64,000 nucleotides of DNA from a virus: positions 1-64,000 of IMG/VR virus record IMGVR_UViG_3300003690_003399; one strand, 5' to 3'. Below, piece by piece: positions 18,186-28,455 of the stretch (position 1 is its first letter; each line of letters begins with the position of its first letter). The notes beneath the pieces are model-generated. The model was given only the letters and a program-made list of their open reading frames with translations, was not told the DNA's origin and did not search any database. The translations under genes and the position numbers were made by a program.

Positions 18186-18646
18186 TTCTTAGCCAACTCC
18201 AATTTCCATTTTATTTTAACACTTTTCTTCCCATTCTTATCTTTGAATTCCTTTTCTTCATATTCTGCAACCACTCTCATTCCTTTATTTGTCCACTTTG
18301 CAACCACCTTTTCAGGATCCATTTCAGGATAGCGACCCATTACTACGTCAATTATAAATTGTATACTTGCTTTAATAAGAGCTGCATCTTCTGTTTCATA
18401 TCGCGTGACTACATGCTTTTTTTTATCCTTATGAATTTTATCCAACCAAACAAGACATCTTGCAAATTTGGGTAAAATTTGCATTTTAATTGAGGCCTCC
18501 TGTGATGCGCTAACTTCATATAAAAATCCTTTAATGGCATATACCTGGTCGTTATCCATGGGGGTACAACCCTTCTCACATAAGGCGATTTTAGCTTGCG
18601 CTATAGTCGGGATAAGTAAGAATGTAACTATCAATGCTTTTTTCAT
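18182..18646 (-). CDS. Secreted hypothetical protein
   Basis: SD AGGAG; signal peptide ending AQA; ATGA-coupled to the protease. Confidence 0.65.
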   Translation of the reverse strand: MKKALIVTFLLIPTIAQAKIALCEKGCTPMDNDQVYAIKGFLYEVSASQEASIKMQILPKFARCLVWLDKIHKDKKKHVVTRYETEDAALIKASIQFIIDVVMGRYPEMDPEKVVAKWTNKGMRVVAEYEEKEFKDKNGKKSVKIKWKLELAKK

Positions 18647-18718
18647 TTTTAAAAAGTCTCCTAATAATAACTATGAATGAATTAAAACAACAGTTCTTTT
18701 TCTTATTAAAATAATTAA

Positions 18719-18727
18719 AACTATTTA
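18719..18727 (+). promoter_or_regulatory. Candidate late promoter AACTATTTA
   Basis: Intergenic, 28 nt before the phoH ATG. Confidence 0.55.
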
Positions 18728-18755
18728 TAATGTGTATTAAATACAAATTATTTAT

Positions 18756-20072
18756 ATGGCGAAGAAAACTTATATCCTAGACACAAGCGTGTATTTGACA
18801 GACGCTACCGCAATAACGGCTTACCACAATAATGATATAATTATTCCATTTAAAGTGTTGGAAGAAATTGATAAGCACAAAAAACGACAAGACAACGTTG
18901 GTTCTAATGCTCGAAGAACAATTCGGACGTTAGATTCACTAAGAGAACGAGGGTCTTTATATAAAGGTGTTCGTTTAGCCAAGGGCAAAGGAATCGTCTT
19001 TGTTAAAAGCTGTGATAAGATCACAAAAAATTTAGATTTATTTGTCGCAGACAATGAAATAATTACAGTTGCGTTAGAAGAACAACAACGAAACCCCCAA
19101 AGAAAAGTAATTCTTGTTTCACGCGATATTAATATGCGCGTTAAATGTGATGCGTTGGGTCTTTTAACAGAGGATTACATTATTAATCAAGTAGTTGAAG
19201 ATACGGATCATTTATATACAGGCTTTAAAACACACCTCGTTGATGAACAAACTATTGATCAATTTTATAATGGTGAAAAAATTTACTTAGATAAAGAAGA
19301 AGTTAAATTACAGCCAAATCATTTTTTGATGCTAGTTTCAAATTCGAATGAAAAGAAAACAGCACTTGCAAGATTTTATAGTTATTCGAAACCACTTAAA
19401 AGGATTAATGGAGAATACAAACAGGGAATATGGAGCGTTCGTCCCCGGAATAAAGAACAAAGCTTCGCTTTTGAATTATTGATGGATCCAGATATACGAG
19501 TTGTAACATTAGTTGGAAAAGCCGGCAGCGGCAAAACGCTTTTGACAATTGCTGCAGGCCTTGCACAAGTTGTGGAAGAGTCAAAAGAATCTATATACAA
19601 AAGATTAATTATTTCACGCCCAATTGAACCCTTGGGCAAAGATATTGGTTATTTACCAGGAACTATGGAAGAAAAAATGATGCCATGGTTAAGCCCAATC
19701 CAAGATAATTTAAGATATTTAATGGGGAACGATAAAGAAACCTTAAGAATGTATACTTCACAAGGTATAATAGAAATTGAAGCTTTGACTTACATAAGAG
19801 GCCGGTCAATTGCAGATGCCTTTATTATAATTGACGAAGCGCAAAACTTGACAGCACACGAATTAAAGACTATAATTACAAGAGTGGGCGAAAACACAAA
19901 AGTTATACTAACTGGAGATATCGATCAAATTGATAATGCCTATGTTGACGAAACGTCAAATGGACTAGCATATGCAGTTGAAAAATTTAAGAGTCATAGC
20001 ATAGCAGGACATATTACACTAGTTAAAGGTGAAAGATCTAAAGTTGCGACACTAGCAGCAAAAATTCTTTAA
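18756..20072 (+). CDS. phoH: PIN-domain PhoH-family ATPase (PhoH2 architecture)
   Basis: ILDTSV..LEEID..ADN..SRDIN (PIN); GKAGSGKT, IGYLPG, RGRS, IIDEAQN, GDIDQID. Confidence 0.93.
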   Translation: MAKKTYILDTSVYLTDATAITAYHNNDIIIPFKVLEEIDKHKKRQDNVGSNARRTIRTLDSLRERGSLYKGVRLAKGKGIVFVKSCDKITKNLDLFVADNEIITVALEEQQRNPQRKVILVSRDINMRVKCDALGLLTEDYIINQVVEDTDHLYTGFKTHLVDEQTIDQFYNGEKIYLDKEEVKLQPNHFLMLVSNSNEKKTALARFYSYSKPLKRINGEYKQGIWSVRPRNKEQSFAFELLMDPDIRVVTLVGKAGSGKTLLTIAAGLAQVVEESKESIYKRLIISRPIEPLGKDIGYLPGTMEEKMMPWLSPIQDNLRYLMGNDKETLRMYTSQGIIEIEALTYIRGRSIADAFIIIDEAQNLTAHELKTIITRVGENTKVILTGDIDQIDNAYVDETSNGLAYAVEKFKSHSIAGHITLVKGERSKVATLAAKIL

Positions 20073-20077
20073 AAAAC

Positions 20078-20106
20078 TTGACAAGGTAATATATTATATA
20101 TATAAT
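20078..20106 (+). promoter_or_regulatory. Perfect sigma70 promoter
   Basis: TTGACA (20078) - 17 nt - TATAAT (20101); shares aaaaaacTTGACA with the tmRNA promoter. Confidence 0.85.
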
Positions 20107-20116
20107 GGAGATAAAT

Positions 20117-20383
20117 ATGAGTATTGAAAATGAAAATCCAGATCTGCTTAAGCCAGTAGAGAAATCGAATGAACTAAAAGAGTGGCTTGTAGACTACGTA
20201 GGAAACAAATATGATCCAGATTCTGAAGAAGTAAATGTAGAAATGATTATTAAAACAATGGCTGACGAGTTTCCTGAATTTCTTTTAATTTTAGCCGAAG
20301 AAAATTTTATACGAGGATACCAACAAGCCATGGCTGACATCGATGAAGGAGAAAAGTTGATGAGAAAAGAAGGGCTGATCTAA
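20117..20383 (+). CDS. Conserved hypothetical phage protein
   Basis: GGAG SD 6 nt before ATG 20117. Confidence 0.6.
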   Translation: MSIENENPDLLKPVEKSNELKEWLVDYVGNKYDPDSEEVNVEMIIKTMADEFPEFLLILAEENFIRGYQQAMADIDEGEKLMRKEGLI

Positions 20384-20385
20384 CA

Positions 20386-21087
20386 ATGAACTATATTTCG
20401 GAAAGTGCCGAGAGGGCGAAAAATAATAGTAGAGAAAAATATATTTATGGAGATAAATTAGTTTACATAAAAGATCAATTGCCTTATGGATTTGATTTAG
20501 ATTACGTACTCAAAACAATTGAGAATTTGATTCCGCGTAATTTTTTTGAAAACATTGATTCAATTTATATAGGAAAGTTTAAAGACTTTGAAAATGGAGA
20601 CCTCCCCTTTAACGCAAAATACAAAGACAACGCTTTATATGTTACAAACAAACAAGATAACGAAAATGATATGATGGATGATATTATACATGAAGTAGCA
20701 CATGCTGTCGAAGAACGTTTTGGAGACCAAATTTATTCTGATTTTACAATAGAGAATGAATTCAAAGGCAAAAAGCGCACCCTTTATCACCTTTTAGATC
20801 AGGAGGGCTATGAACCTTCTTTAGAACAATTTGATAATGTTGAATATGACAAACATTTTGATCGATATCTTTATAAAGTAGTAGAATACCCCACCCTTAG
20901 TACTTTAACGACGGGCCTATTTTATTCTCCCTATGCGATAACCTCACTTAGAGAATATTTCGCCAACGGGTTCGAGAACTACTTTTTAAGAGACAAAAGC
21001 TATTTAAAGAAAATAAGCCCAGCAGTATATAGCAATATTGCTGATTTATTAGATAAACAATTAGGAGAAGAAAAAAATGAATATTGA
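20386..21087 (+). CDS. Zincin-like metallopeptidase
   Basis: IIHEVAHAVE plus downstream REYFANGF third ligand. Confidence 0.7.
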   Translation: MNYISESAERAKNNSREKYIYGDKLVYIKDQLPYGFDLDYVLKTIENLIPRNFFENIDSIYIGKFKDFENGDLPFNAKYKDNALYVTNKQDNENDMMDDIIHEVAHAVEERFGDQIYSDFTIENEFKGKKRTLYHLLDQEGYEPSLEQFDNVEYDKHFDRYLYKVVEYPTLSTLTTGLFYSPYAITSLREYFANGFENYFLRDKSYLKKISPAVYSNIADLLDKQLGEEKNEY

Positions 21088-21394
21088 GTTCATTAATGAA
21101 AATACTGTTAAAATAAATGCATCAATGCATTGGTCGGGCCAAAGACCGCCGTCACCTCAGAGGAGCTTTATAAAAAAATCTGATGTGGCTAGAAAGTTTA
21201 ACGAAAAGCACCGACGCTATGAAATTAAAAATATTACCGGTCCAGACGAGATATGTAACTTTAGAGGAGAAGGGCATTCTAAAGGTGAATGGATTCTCAC
21301 CGTCGAGAAGACGACACCCAAAAAAGTTTTCCCCAGACCTACCATCACTACAGTTAAACCATCTACAAAAAAGACCACCAAGAAAGGTGCATAG
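21077..21394 (+). CDS. Hypothetical protein
   Basis: SD AGGAG; coupled. Confidence 0.55.
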   Translation: MNIEFINENTVKINASMHWSGQRPPSPQRSFIKKSDVARKFNEKHRRYEIKNITGPDEICNFRGEGHSKGEWILTVEKTTPKKVFPRPTITTVKPSTKKTTKKGA

Positions 21395-22170
21395 TGCCAC
21401 ATATATCTTTTTCAGAACTGAAATTATGGAATGAGTGCCCCTGGAAACACAAATTAGTCTATTTAGATGGGATTAAAGTTTTCGAGGGCAATGAGCATAC
21501 TGCTTTCGGCACTGCCGTTCATTCAACCTGTGAACAGTTAGTCGAAAACAATATTAAAAATGCGGCCGAATACTTTCAGGAACAATTTTTGAAAGAACTG
21601 AAAGAACTTCCAGAAGGCTACGATCTCAAAAAAGACCTTATAGCCAGTATGCGCATGCAAGGATGTATGCTGACTGGTCATATACTGCCTTCACTAAAAG
21701 AATATTTTGGCCAATATACTATGATTTCTGTGGAAGAGAAACTATATGAAGACATCGAAAGGTACGATGATTATAGTTTTAAAGGGTATATCGATTTAGT
21801 TTTAAAGACTTCAGATGGAAAATATCATATCATTGACTGGAAAACATGTTCGTGGGGATGGGACACGAGACGTAAAAGCGAAAGAATGACGACATATCAA
21901 TTAACACTATATAAGCATTTCTTTTGCGCAAAACACAATATAAATCCATCAGATGTAACTACACATTTTGCATTGCTTAAAAGAACAGCTAAAAAAAATA
22001 ATATAGAAATATTTAAGGTTACAAGCGGTAACAAAAAAACTGAAAATGCCCTTAAATTATTGAATAAATCTCTTTATAATTTAACTAATAAAAATTATAT
22101 TAAAAATCGCATGGCATGCCAAGGAAAATTTGGTCTTTGCGAATTTTTTAAATCACAAAATTGTAACTAA
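21394..22170 (+). CDS. PD-(D/E)xK nuclease, RecB/Cas4-like with probable Fe-S cluster
   Basis: SFS..L...CP, VEE, GYIDLV, IIDWKT, YQL..Y, C-terminal C..C..C. Confidence 0.85.
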   Translation: MPHISFSELKLWNECPWKHKLVYLDGIKVFEGNEHTAFGTAVHSTCEQLVENNIKNAAEYFQEQFLKELKELPEGYDLKKDLIASMRMQGCMLTGHILPSLKEYFGQYTMISVEEKLYEDIERYDDYSFKGYIDLVLKTSDGKYHIIDWKTCSWGWDTRRKSERMTTYQLTLYKHFFCAKHNINPSDVTTHFALLKRTAKKNNIEIFKVTSGNKKTENALKLLNKSLYNLTNKNYIKNRMACQGKFGLCEFFKSQNCN

Positions 22171-22179
22171 AAGGCCAAC

Positions 22180-23448
22180 ATGAGCGAAAAAATTAAGATC
22201 ATGACCATTAGTGATATGCCTTTCGCGCCTTCTGGCGTGGGCACGCAAACAAGATATATCATCGAAGGCATGTTAAAGACCGGTAAATACCAATTTGTTA
22301 GTTTAGGCGGAGCTATGAAACACCCCAATCATAATCCAATTAGGACAGAAGAGTGGGGCGATGATTGGGTCACATTTCCTGTTGATGGATACGGTTCACA
22401 AGAGATTGTGAGATCTATCCTGCGACAGGAAAGACCCCATATTCTTTGGTTTATGACTGATCCACGTTTTTGGGGCTGGCTGTGGGAAATGGAAAATGAA
22501 ATCCGCCCATTAGTTCCTATGATATATTACCACGTTTGGGATAACTACCCTTATCCCACTTATAATAAAAAGTTTTATGAATCAAACGACTTGATTGCAA
22601 CCATCTCCAAAGTAACTGATGATATCGTTAAAACAGTTGCCCCCTCAGTAAAAACAATCTATTTGCCACACGCAGTTAACACGGAAGCATTTAAAAAGTA
22701 TGATGAAGAAAAGGTTAAACCATTTATTATGAATAGTTTTGGCGACAAATATGATCCAGATAAATTCATTTTCTTTTGGAATAACAGAAATGCGCGCCGA
22801 AAACAAAGCGGTTCATTAATTTTTTGGTTCAAAAAGTTTTTAGATAAAGTAGGACACAATAAAGCATCTTTAGTAATGCACACTGATATTAAAGACGCGC
22901 ACGGGCAAGATCTCGAAGCCATTATTCAGCACCTAGGAATAAACAATGGAGAAGTAATGTTCTCACAACAAAAAATAGAACCAGAAATGTTAGCGCTTTT
23001 ATATAATATGGCTGATTGCACTATTAATATATCAGACGCAGAAGGCTTTGGTCTCTCAACTTTAGAATCATTAGCATGCGAAACTCCAATAATTGTCAAT
23101 ATGACGGGAGGGCTTAAAGAACAAGTAACAGATGGTAAAAAATGGTTTGGTATCGGTGTAGAGCCAACATCTAAAGGAGTAATTGGTTCCCAAGAAATAT
23201 CATGGATTTATGAAGATCGTCTCTCAGAAGAAGTGGTAGTCAACGCATTACTAGAAATATACAATAAACCAAAAGAAGAGAGAGATGAGCTAGGTCGTAA
23301 AGGGCGAGAGCACGTGATGACTAACTATAATTTTGATGACTTCATTCAAAAGTGGGATGAGTTATTTACGATGGTTTATGAAGAATACGGTTCTTGGGAT
23401 ACACGCAAACCGCATAACGACCGCTGGATTCTAAAGGAGATCGCATGA
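22180..23448 (+). CDS. GT-B glycosyltransferase (GT4-like)
   Basis: SGVG, NRNARRK, EGFGLSTLES..C.TPII. Confidence 0.9.
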   Translation: MSEKIKIMTISDMPFAPSGVGTQTRYIIEGMLKTGKYQFVSLGGAMKHPNHNPIRTEEWGDDWVTFPVDGYGSQEIVRSILRQERPHILWFMTDPRFWGWLWEMENEIRPLVPMIYYHVWDNYPYPTYNKKFYESNDLIATISKVTDDIVKTVAPSVKTIYLPHAVNTEAFKKYDEEKVKPFIMNSFGDKYDPDKFIFFWNNRNARRKQSGSLIFWFKKFLDKVGHNKASLVMHTDIKDAHGQDLEAIIQHLGINNGEVMFSQQKIEPEMLALLYNMADCTINISDAEGFGLSTLESLACETPIIVNMTGGLKEQVTDGKKWFGIGVEPTSKGVIGSQEISWIYEDRLSEEVVVNALLEIYNKPKEERDELGRKGREHVMTNYNFDDFIQKWDELFTMVYEEYGSWDTRKPHNDRWILKEIA

Positions 23449-24455
23449 AAAAAAAAGTATTAGTTCGAGCCCCAGTTTTGACACGCTCTGGTTATGGAGA
23501 GCATTCTAGATTTGTTTTGCGATCTTTGCGCACACAAGAAGATAAGTTGGATATATATCTACTACCAGTCTCTTGGGGTCAGTGCGGTTGGATTTACAAC
23601 GACGACGAAGAAAGACTATGGCTGGATCGCCTCATCACCAAAACCGCTCAATATCATCAACAACAAGAAAATCCTCAGTACGATATAAGCATTCAAGTTA
23701 CTATACCAAATGAATGGGAAAAAATGGCACCTGTTAATATTGGTGTCACGGCTGGTATCGAAACTAATCGAACTGCTCCGATTTGGCTTGAAAAAGCGAA
23801 TATGATGGATAAAGTTATAACAATTTCTAGTCATTCAAAAAATGTTTTTTTGGATACAGTATATGATGCAGTACATAAAGAAAGTGGTCAAAAGCTTCAA
23901 TTGAGGTGCAACAAACCGGTAGAAGTTGTACACTACCCTGTAAAAGAGTTTGAAAGTATAAATCTTAATTTAAAATTGAAGACTGATTTTAACTTTTTAG
24001 CGGTTGCTCAATGGGGCCCCCGAAAAAATTTAGAAAACACAATCAGATGGTTTGTAGAAGAATTTATCGATCAGCCTGTTGGTCTCGTTGTTAAAACTTT
24101 CAGGAAAGGCAACTCTATTATTGACCGCGCGCATATTGATACCCTAATTACAAATTTATTAAAAAGCTATGAGAACAGAGAGTGTAAGATCTATTTATTA
24201 CATGGAGATATGACAGACGAAGAGTTACATTCTCTTTATAAACATCCAAAAATTAAAGCATTTATTTCGCTTGCTCACGGAGAAGGGTTCGGGCTACCAC
24301 AGTTTGAAGCCGCATATTCGGGACTTCCCGTAATAGCGCCAGAATGGAGCGGCTATCTTGATTTTCTTTGCGCGCCTAAAAGAGATAAAAAGACGGGGAA
24401 AGAAAAAATTAAACCATATTTCGCATGTGTAGATCCCACAACAAGGTTCATATAA
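23445..24455 (+). CDS. GT4-like glycosyltransferase, C-terminally broken by a frameshift near 24435
   Basis: RSGYG, RKN, GEGFGLPQFEAA..GLPVIA; terminal helices lie in the next frame. Confidence 0.8.
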   Translation: MKKKVLVRAPVLTRSGYGEHSRFVLRSLRTQEDKLDIYLLPVSWGQCGWIYNDDEERLWLDRLITKTAQYHQQQENPQYDISIQVTIPNEWEKMAPVNIGVTAGIETNRTAPIWLEKANMMDKVITISSHSKNVFLDTVYDAVHKESGQKLQLRCNKPVEVVHYPVKEFESINLNLKLKTDFNFLAVAQWGPRKNLENTIRWFVEEFIDQPVGLVVKTFRKGNSIIDRAHIDTLITNLLKSYENRECKIYLLHGDMTDEELHSLYKHPKIKAFISLAHGEGFGLPQFEAAYSGLPVIAPEWSGYLDFLCAPKRDKKTGKEKIKPYFACVDPTTRFI

Positions 24456-24456
24456 A

Positions 24457-25410
24457 ATGAAGCTTCGAGAAGTTTATAAAGATCATGGAAGATTCAAGAA
24501 ACAAGCAAAAAATTTACAAAAATGGATTCTGGAAAACTTTGCAAGCGAAAAACAGTATTCATTACTTATAGAGAATATTTTCGATAAAGAATTTTTAAAA
24601 GCTTTTGATTATAAGAAAGTCAGTATTAATGAGATCCCCAAAATAAGTTTAATCACATCGGTTTTTAAGGCCGATGATTATATTGAACAGCTAATGGAAG
24701 ATGTCACTAGACAAACCATTTTTGAAGATAAATGTGAATGGATTATTTTAAATGCTAACGAAAAGGGTCACGATTATGAAGAAAAAGTCATTCTTAAGTA
24801 TGCAGAAAAATATCCTAATAACATAATTTACAAACGATTGGAAAAAGATCCGGGCGTTTATGATACTTGGAACATGGCAATTGAAATGTCGACCGGCGAA
24901 TATATTACAAATGTTAATTGCGATGATCGTCGACGACCGGATGGTCTAGAAGAACAAGCGAAATTGCTTACATACAATTCAGATATTGATCTAGTTTATA
25001 ATGATTCTTATATTGTACGCGAACCTAATATGAAGTGGGAAGACATAAGCCTAGAAACTTCAAGGTATAATTTCGATCAGTTCTCTAAAGAAGCGATGTT
25101 AAGAGGCAACCTTCCTCATAACAATCCCATGTGGAGAAAATCTCTTCATCAAAAGAATGGCTTTTTTAATCAAAAATATAGATCTGCCGCTGACTGGGAT
25201 TTGTGGTTAAGATGTGCGTTTAATGGCGCCAAATATTTGAAACATCCTGAAATATTAGGAGTTTATTATTATAATCCAACTGGGGTCTCCACCAATCCAG
25301 AGCACGATTCCTGGAAAAAAGAAGAGGAAAAAGAAATATGGACGGTATACCGTAAAAAACTGCAACAAGAAAAGGAAGACGAATCAACACCAGAGAGTAT
25401 TATTTTATAA
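24457..25410 (+). CDS. GT2-family glycosyltransferase preceded by the orphaned C-terminal helices of the upstream GT4
   Basis: PKISLITSVF, GVYDTWN.AI..STGEYI...NCDD, AADWDLWLR. Confidence 0.85.
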   Translation: MKLREVYKDHGRFKKQAKNLQKWILENFASEKQYSLLIENIFDKEFLKAFDYKKVSINEIPKISLITSVFKADDYIEQLMEDVTRQTIFEDKCEWIILNANEKGHDYEEKVILKYAEKYPNNIIYKRLEKDPGVYDTWNMAIEMSTGEYITNVNCDDRRRPDGLEEQAKLLTYNSDIDLVYNDSYIVREPNMKWEDISLETSRYNFDQFSKEAMLRGNLPHNNPMWRKSLHQKNGFFNQKYRSAADWDLWLRCAFNGAKYLKHPEILGVYYYNPTGVSTNPEHDSWKKEEEKEIWTVYRKKLQQEKEDESTPESIIL

Positions 25411-25412
25411 AA

Positions 25413-26207
25413 ATGGTTACGACTGTAAAAGATACCCAATTGAAAGCATTAAAGGATGTTGGTGCTTTTCTTAAAAACACAGATCAGAACAATCCACAGT
25501 TAGCTTCAACAATATGGAAGTATATTAACGATAACAATATCCAAACAGTCGTGTCACAAGCGGAATCTAATGATTATAGTGAGAATTGGTCACAAGAACT
25601 GGTAGGAAAATTACAACGAATATTCGTTAATTACCAACTTCGACAGCTTAATTTGGGAAATCCCTCCCCGGTTTTTTTTAAACTAAAAGAAGCTTTAGAT
25701 GTTCTACTGGATGAAAACCTTAGCTTGTCTTTGATCGATATTGGATGCACGAGTGGTTATTACTACGATGTTATTAACTTTTATTTTTCTAATAAATTCT
25801 ATTATACGGGATGTGATTATAATAAAGAATCAATTGAATTGGCCAAAGAATATTATCCTACGATTAATTTTCAAGTCGAAGACATAACAGAACTAAGCTT
25901 TAAAGACCGTGAATTCGAAGTTTCTTTATTGGCGGGCGTTATTGAACATGTTCCACAGTATAAAAAGGGATTAAAAGAGCTATGCAGAATAACGGATAAA
26001 TATATTGTTTTACACAGAATTTGGCTAACAGATGATGAGACTATTTGCAAAAAAGGAACACAATATTTTGTTCCTGTGATAAGAAACATGTATAATAAAG
26101 AAGATTTTTTTCATATTTTGAAAGAAAATAGTTTTACAGTTAAATGGAGTGGCGATGTTTATGACCAGAATTGTAGAACGTATATTTTAGAGAGAACAAC
26201 TGAGTAG
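25413..26207 (+). CDS. Class I SAM methyltransferase
   Basis: LIDIGCTSG, YTGCD, VIEHV, ELCRI. Confidence 0.85.
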   Translation: MVTTVKDTQLKALKDVGAFLKNTDQNNPQLASTIWKYINDNNIQTVVSQAESNDYSENWSQELVGKLQRIFVNYQLRQLNLGNPSPVFFKLKEALDVLLDENLSLSLIDIGCTSGYYYDVINFYFSNKFYYTGCDYNKESIELAKEYYPTINFQVEDITELSFKDREFEVSLLAGVIEHVPQYKKGLKELCRITDKYIVLHRIWLTDDETICKKGTQYFVPVIRNMYNKEDFFHILKENSFTVKWSGDVYDQNCRTYILERTTE

Positions 26208-26214
26208 GATTTTT

Positions 26215-27036
26215 ATGCTATTACCAGTAGCTTCTGTTGTAACTAATAAGACTATTTGCGAATTTGATTTACTTAAATTAAGCTTAGAACAATATCATGA
26301 GTGTAGCTGGGTCATTTCATGCGATGAAACGGCTTATCAAAAATACAATAATGTTGAAAATATTGAGTGTTTGAAGTTAATAGAAAGCGATGATTGCGAT
26401 CATAATATAGCTTCAGAAGAACAGAAAGATAATTGGATGAAAGTCATGATGACCAAGTTTGATGCTGTTGAACGTTTAATCCTAAAGTTTAATCATGCTT
26501 TATTTTTAGATTCTGATATGATTTTTGTAAACCCCATTGAAGATAGAATATTAGAAATATTTAACAATGAAAATATTGATGCGTGTATATGTCAACATAT
26601 GACTAATGATTGGCAGAATGAAGCTCAACATGGATTATATAATGGTGGAATGTTTCATGTAAGAAGCAGTGATTTTATTGCTGAATGGAAAAGTCTATCT
26701 AAACAGTATAAAAAATATGGGTTTTATTTTGAACAGCAGCCTCTAGAATTTGTACAAAGAAATTTTAATTCTTTTAATCTCCCCATAAACTATAACATTG
26801 GGTGGTGGAGATTTAACAGGCCTAGCACTCAAAATAGATTGAATTTATTAAAGAATCTCGACGACAAGATATTTTTTGGCAACAAACCAGCAATTAATTT
26901 TCATGTGCATGCTTTACGTGAAATTGGATATCAAAACTTTGGTCAGTTTTTAGTTGAGAAAATTTGCAACTTATTAGATAACACATCTAATAAAAATTAT
27001 AGGACGATTTTAGGGGTTATTAGAAATGGCGTTTGA
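26215..27036 (+). CDS. GT-A nucleotide-diphospho-sugar transferase (GT77/GT8-like)
   Basis: K...LFLDSD DxD, YNGG, FEQ, YNIGWW. Confidence 0.7.
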   Translation: MLLPVASVVTNKTICEFDLLKLSLEQYHECSWVISCDETAYQKYNNVENIECLKLIESDDCDHNIASEEQKDNWMKVMMTKFDAVERLILKFNHALFLDSDMIFVNPIEDRILEIFNNENIDACICQHMTNDWQNEAQHGLYNGGMFHVRSSDFIAEWKSLSKQYKKYGFYFEQQPLEFVQRNFNSFNLPINYNIGWWRFNRPSTQNRLNLLKNLDDKIFFGNKPAINFHVHALREIGYQNFGQFLVEKICNLLDNTSNKNYRTILGVIRNGV

Positions 27037-27649
27037 TTTGGTTGGAACAAATTATGGCGGTTGGATGATTGACATTGATTTGATACCGCACCAAAGCGTC
27101 ATTATTTCTGCCGGTGTGGGAGAGGATATAAGCTTTGATTTACAATTGATAAAAATGCGGAATTGCAAGATTATTGGTATTGATCCTACTCTCAAGAGTC
27201 ATAGGTTTATAGAAAACCGAAAAAATCTTGATAACTTTAAGTTAATAAAGGGCGCCCTGCACCCTGCTGATGGTGATGTTATCAAAATATACAAAACGAA
27301 GAGAAGTGACTATGTTTCAGAATCCATTTTACCAGATCATCAAAGCGTAAATAATTTTGATTCATATTTTTCAGAAACAATCAGCTTAAATAAAATCTTC
27401 GAAGAATATGAAGAGATTTCTGTTATCAAAATGGATATTGAAGGTTCTGAATACGGGGTAATACAGGCTTTAAAATACATTCCTGATAGCGTTAAACAAT
27501 TTTGTGTTGAATTCCATCATTTTTGCACCAGCAAAACCATTGAAGACACTAAAGAAATGATTAAAATGTTAGCAGAGTTAGGCTTCAAGAATTATGTCGA
27601 AAAGCCTTCTACCCAGCATTTAAACGAATTAACGTTTTGGAGGGGCTAA
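27026..27649 (+). CDS. FkbM-family methyltransferase
   Basis: GTNYGGW, SAGVGEDISFD, KMDIEGSE, VEFH. Confidence 0.88.
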   Translation: MAFDLVGTNYGGWMIDIDLIPHQSVIISAGVGEDISFDLQLIKMRNCKIIGIDPTLKSHRFIENRKNLDNFKLIKGALHPADGDVIKIYKTKRSDYVSESILPDHQSVNNFDSYFSETISLNKIFEEYEEISVIKMDIEGSEYGVIQALKYIPDSVKQFCVEFHHFCTSKTIEDTKEMIKMLAELGFKNYVEKPSTQHLNELTFWRG

Positions 27650-28444
27650 ATGGATTATTTCACTGACACAAAGAAAAAAATTATTTATGATCCAATAGAA
27701 ACCATCGAGGCCCTAAAAGAATTTCATAATTTATATGCTAAACGCCCCGTTAAAAATAATTCAGGAGGGATGCAGTCTCCTCATCTTTTTAATACTTGGT
27801 ATGCATTAAAAAAACTAAAACCTAAATTAGTAATTGAGAGTGGGGTGTGGAAAGGCCTCGGAACGTGGGCGATAGAGAAGGCGCTTCCCAGCGCTCAAAT
27901 AATTTCAATAGATGTTGATTATTCACATTTAGAATTTAAAAGTTCAAATGCGACTTATCTAGATAAAGATATTAAAACTCATAACTGGGATAAAGTATTC
28001 AATGAACAATATCCCGATATTAAGAGAAATGAAATTGTAGTTTTTTTAGATGATCATCAAGATTTTTTAGAGCGATTAGAATTTATTTATAATTTGGGAA
28101 TAAAGCATATCTTATATGAGGATAACTATCCTTCTTCACAAGGAGACGTTCTTTCTCCTAAGAAAATTTTATCTTGTCAAGATTATATAATGGAGAGAAG
28201 AGGTATCCCCCAAATGAATCAATTTTCATATTTTGATTATGATAAATTTGTAAATTTTGTCAAAACTTATGAAGAGCTGCCCCCCATTTTTAAACTAGAT
28301 AAAACTCGATGGAAAGATAAATGGGATCCCCATACTTATCCTACGATAAAAGCTTTGTTACCTTTAGAAAAACAAAATGAATTTCCTATTTTTTTTGAAG
28401 AAGCATTATCATATACATGGCTATGTTATATGGAATTAAAATAA
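27650..28444 (+). CDS. Methyltransferase-fold protein
   Basis: KPKLVIESGVWKG, FLDDH, EDNY. Confidence 0.6.
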   Translation: MDYFTDTKKKIIYDPIETIEALKEFHNLYAKRPVKNNSGGMQSPHLFNTWYALKKLKPKLVIESGVWKGLGTWAIEKALPSAQIISIDVDYSHLEFKSSNATYLDKDIKTHNWDKVFNEQYPDIKRNEIVVFLDDHQDFLERLEFIYNLGIKHILYEDNYPSSQGDVLSPKKILSCQDYIMERRGIPQMNQFSYFDYDKFVNFVKTYEELPPIFKLDKTRWKDKWDPHTYPTIKALLPLEKQNEFPIFFEEALSYTWLCYMELK

Positions 28445-28455
28445 GATACGATTAA

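Noticed and set aside
21394-22170. Cas4-like nuclease as a sign of CRISPR-Cas
   Set aside because: No repeat-spacer array or other cas genes seen; solo Cas4/RecB-like nucleases are common in phages
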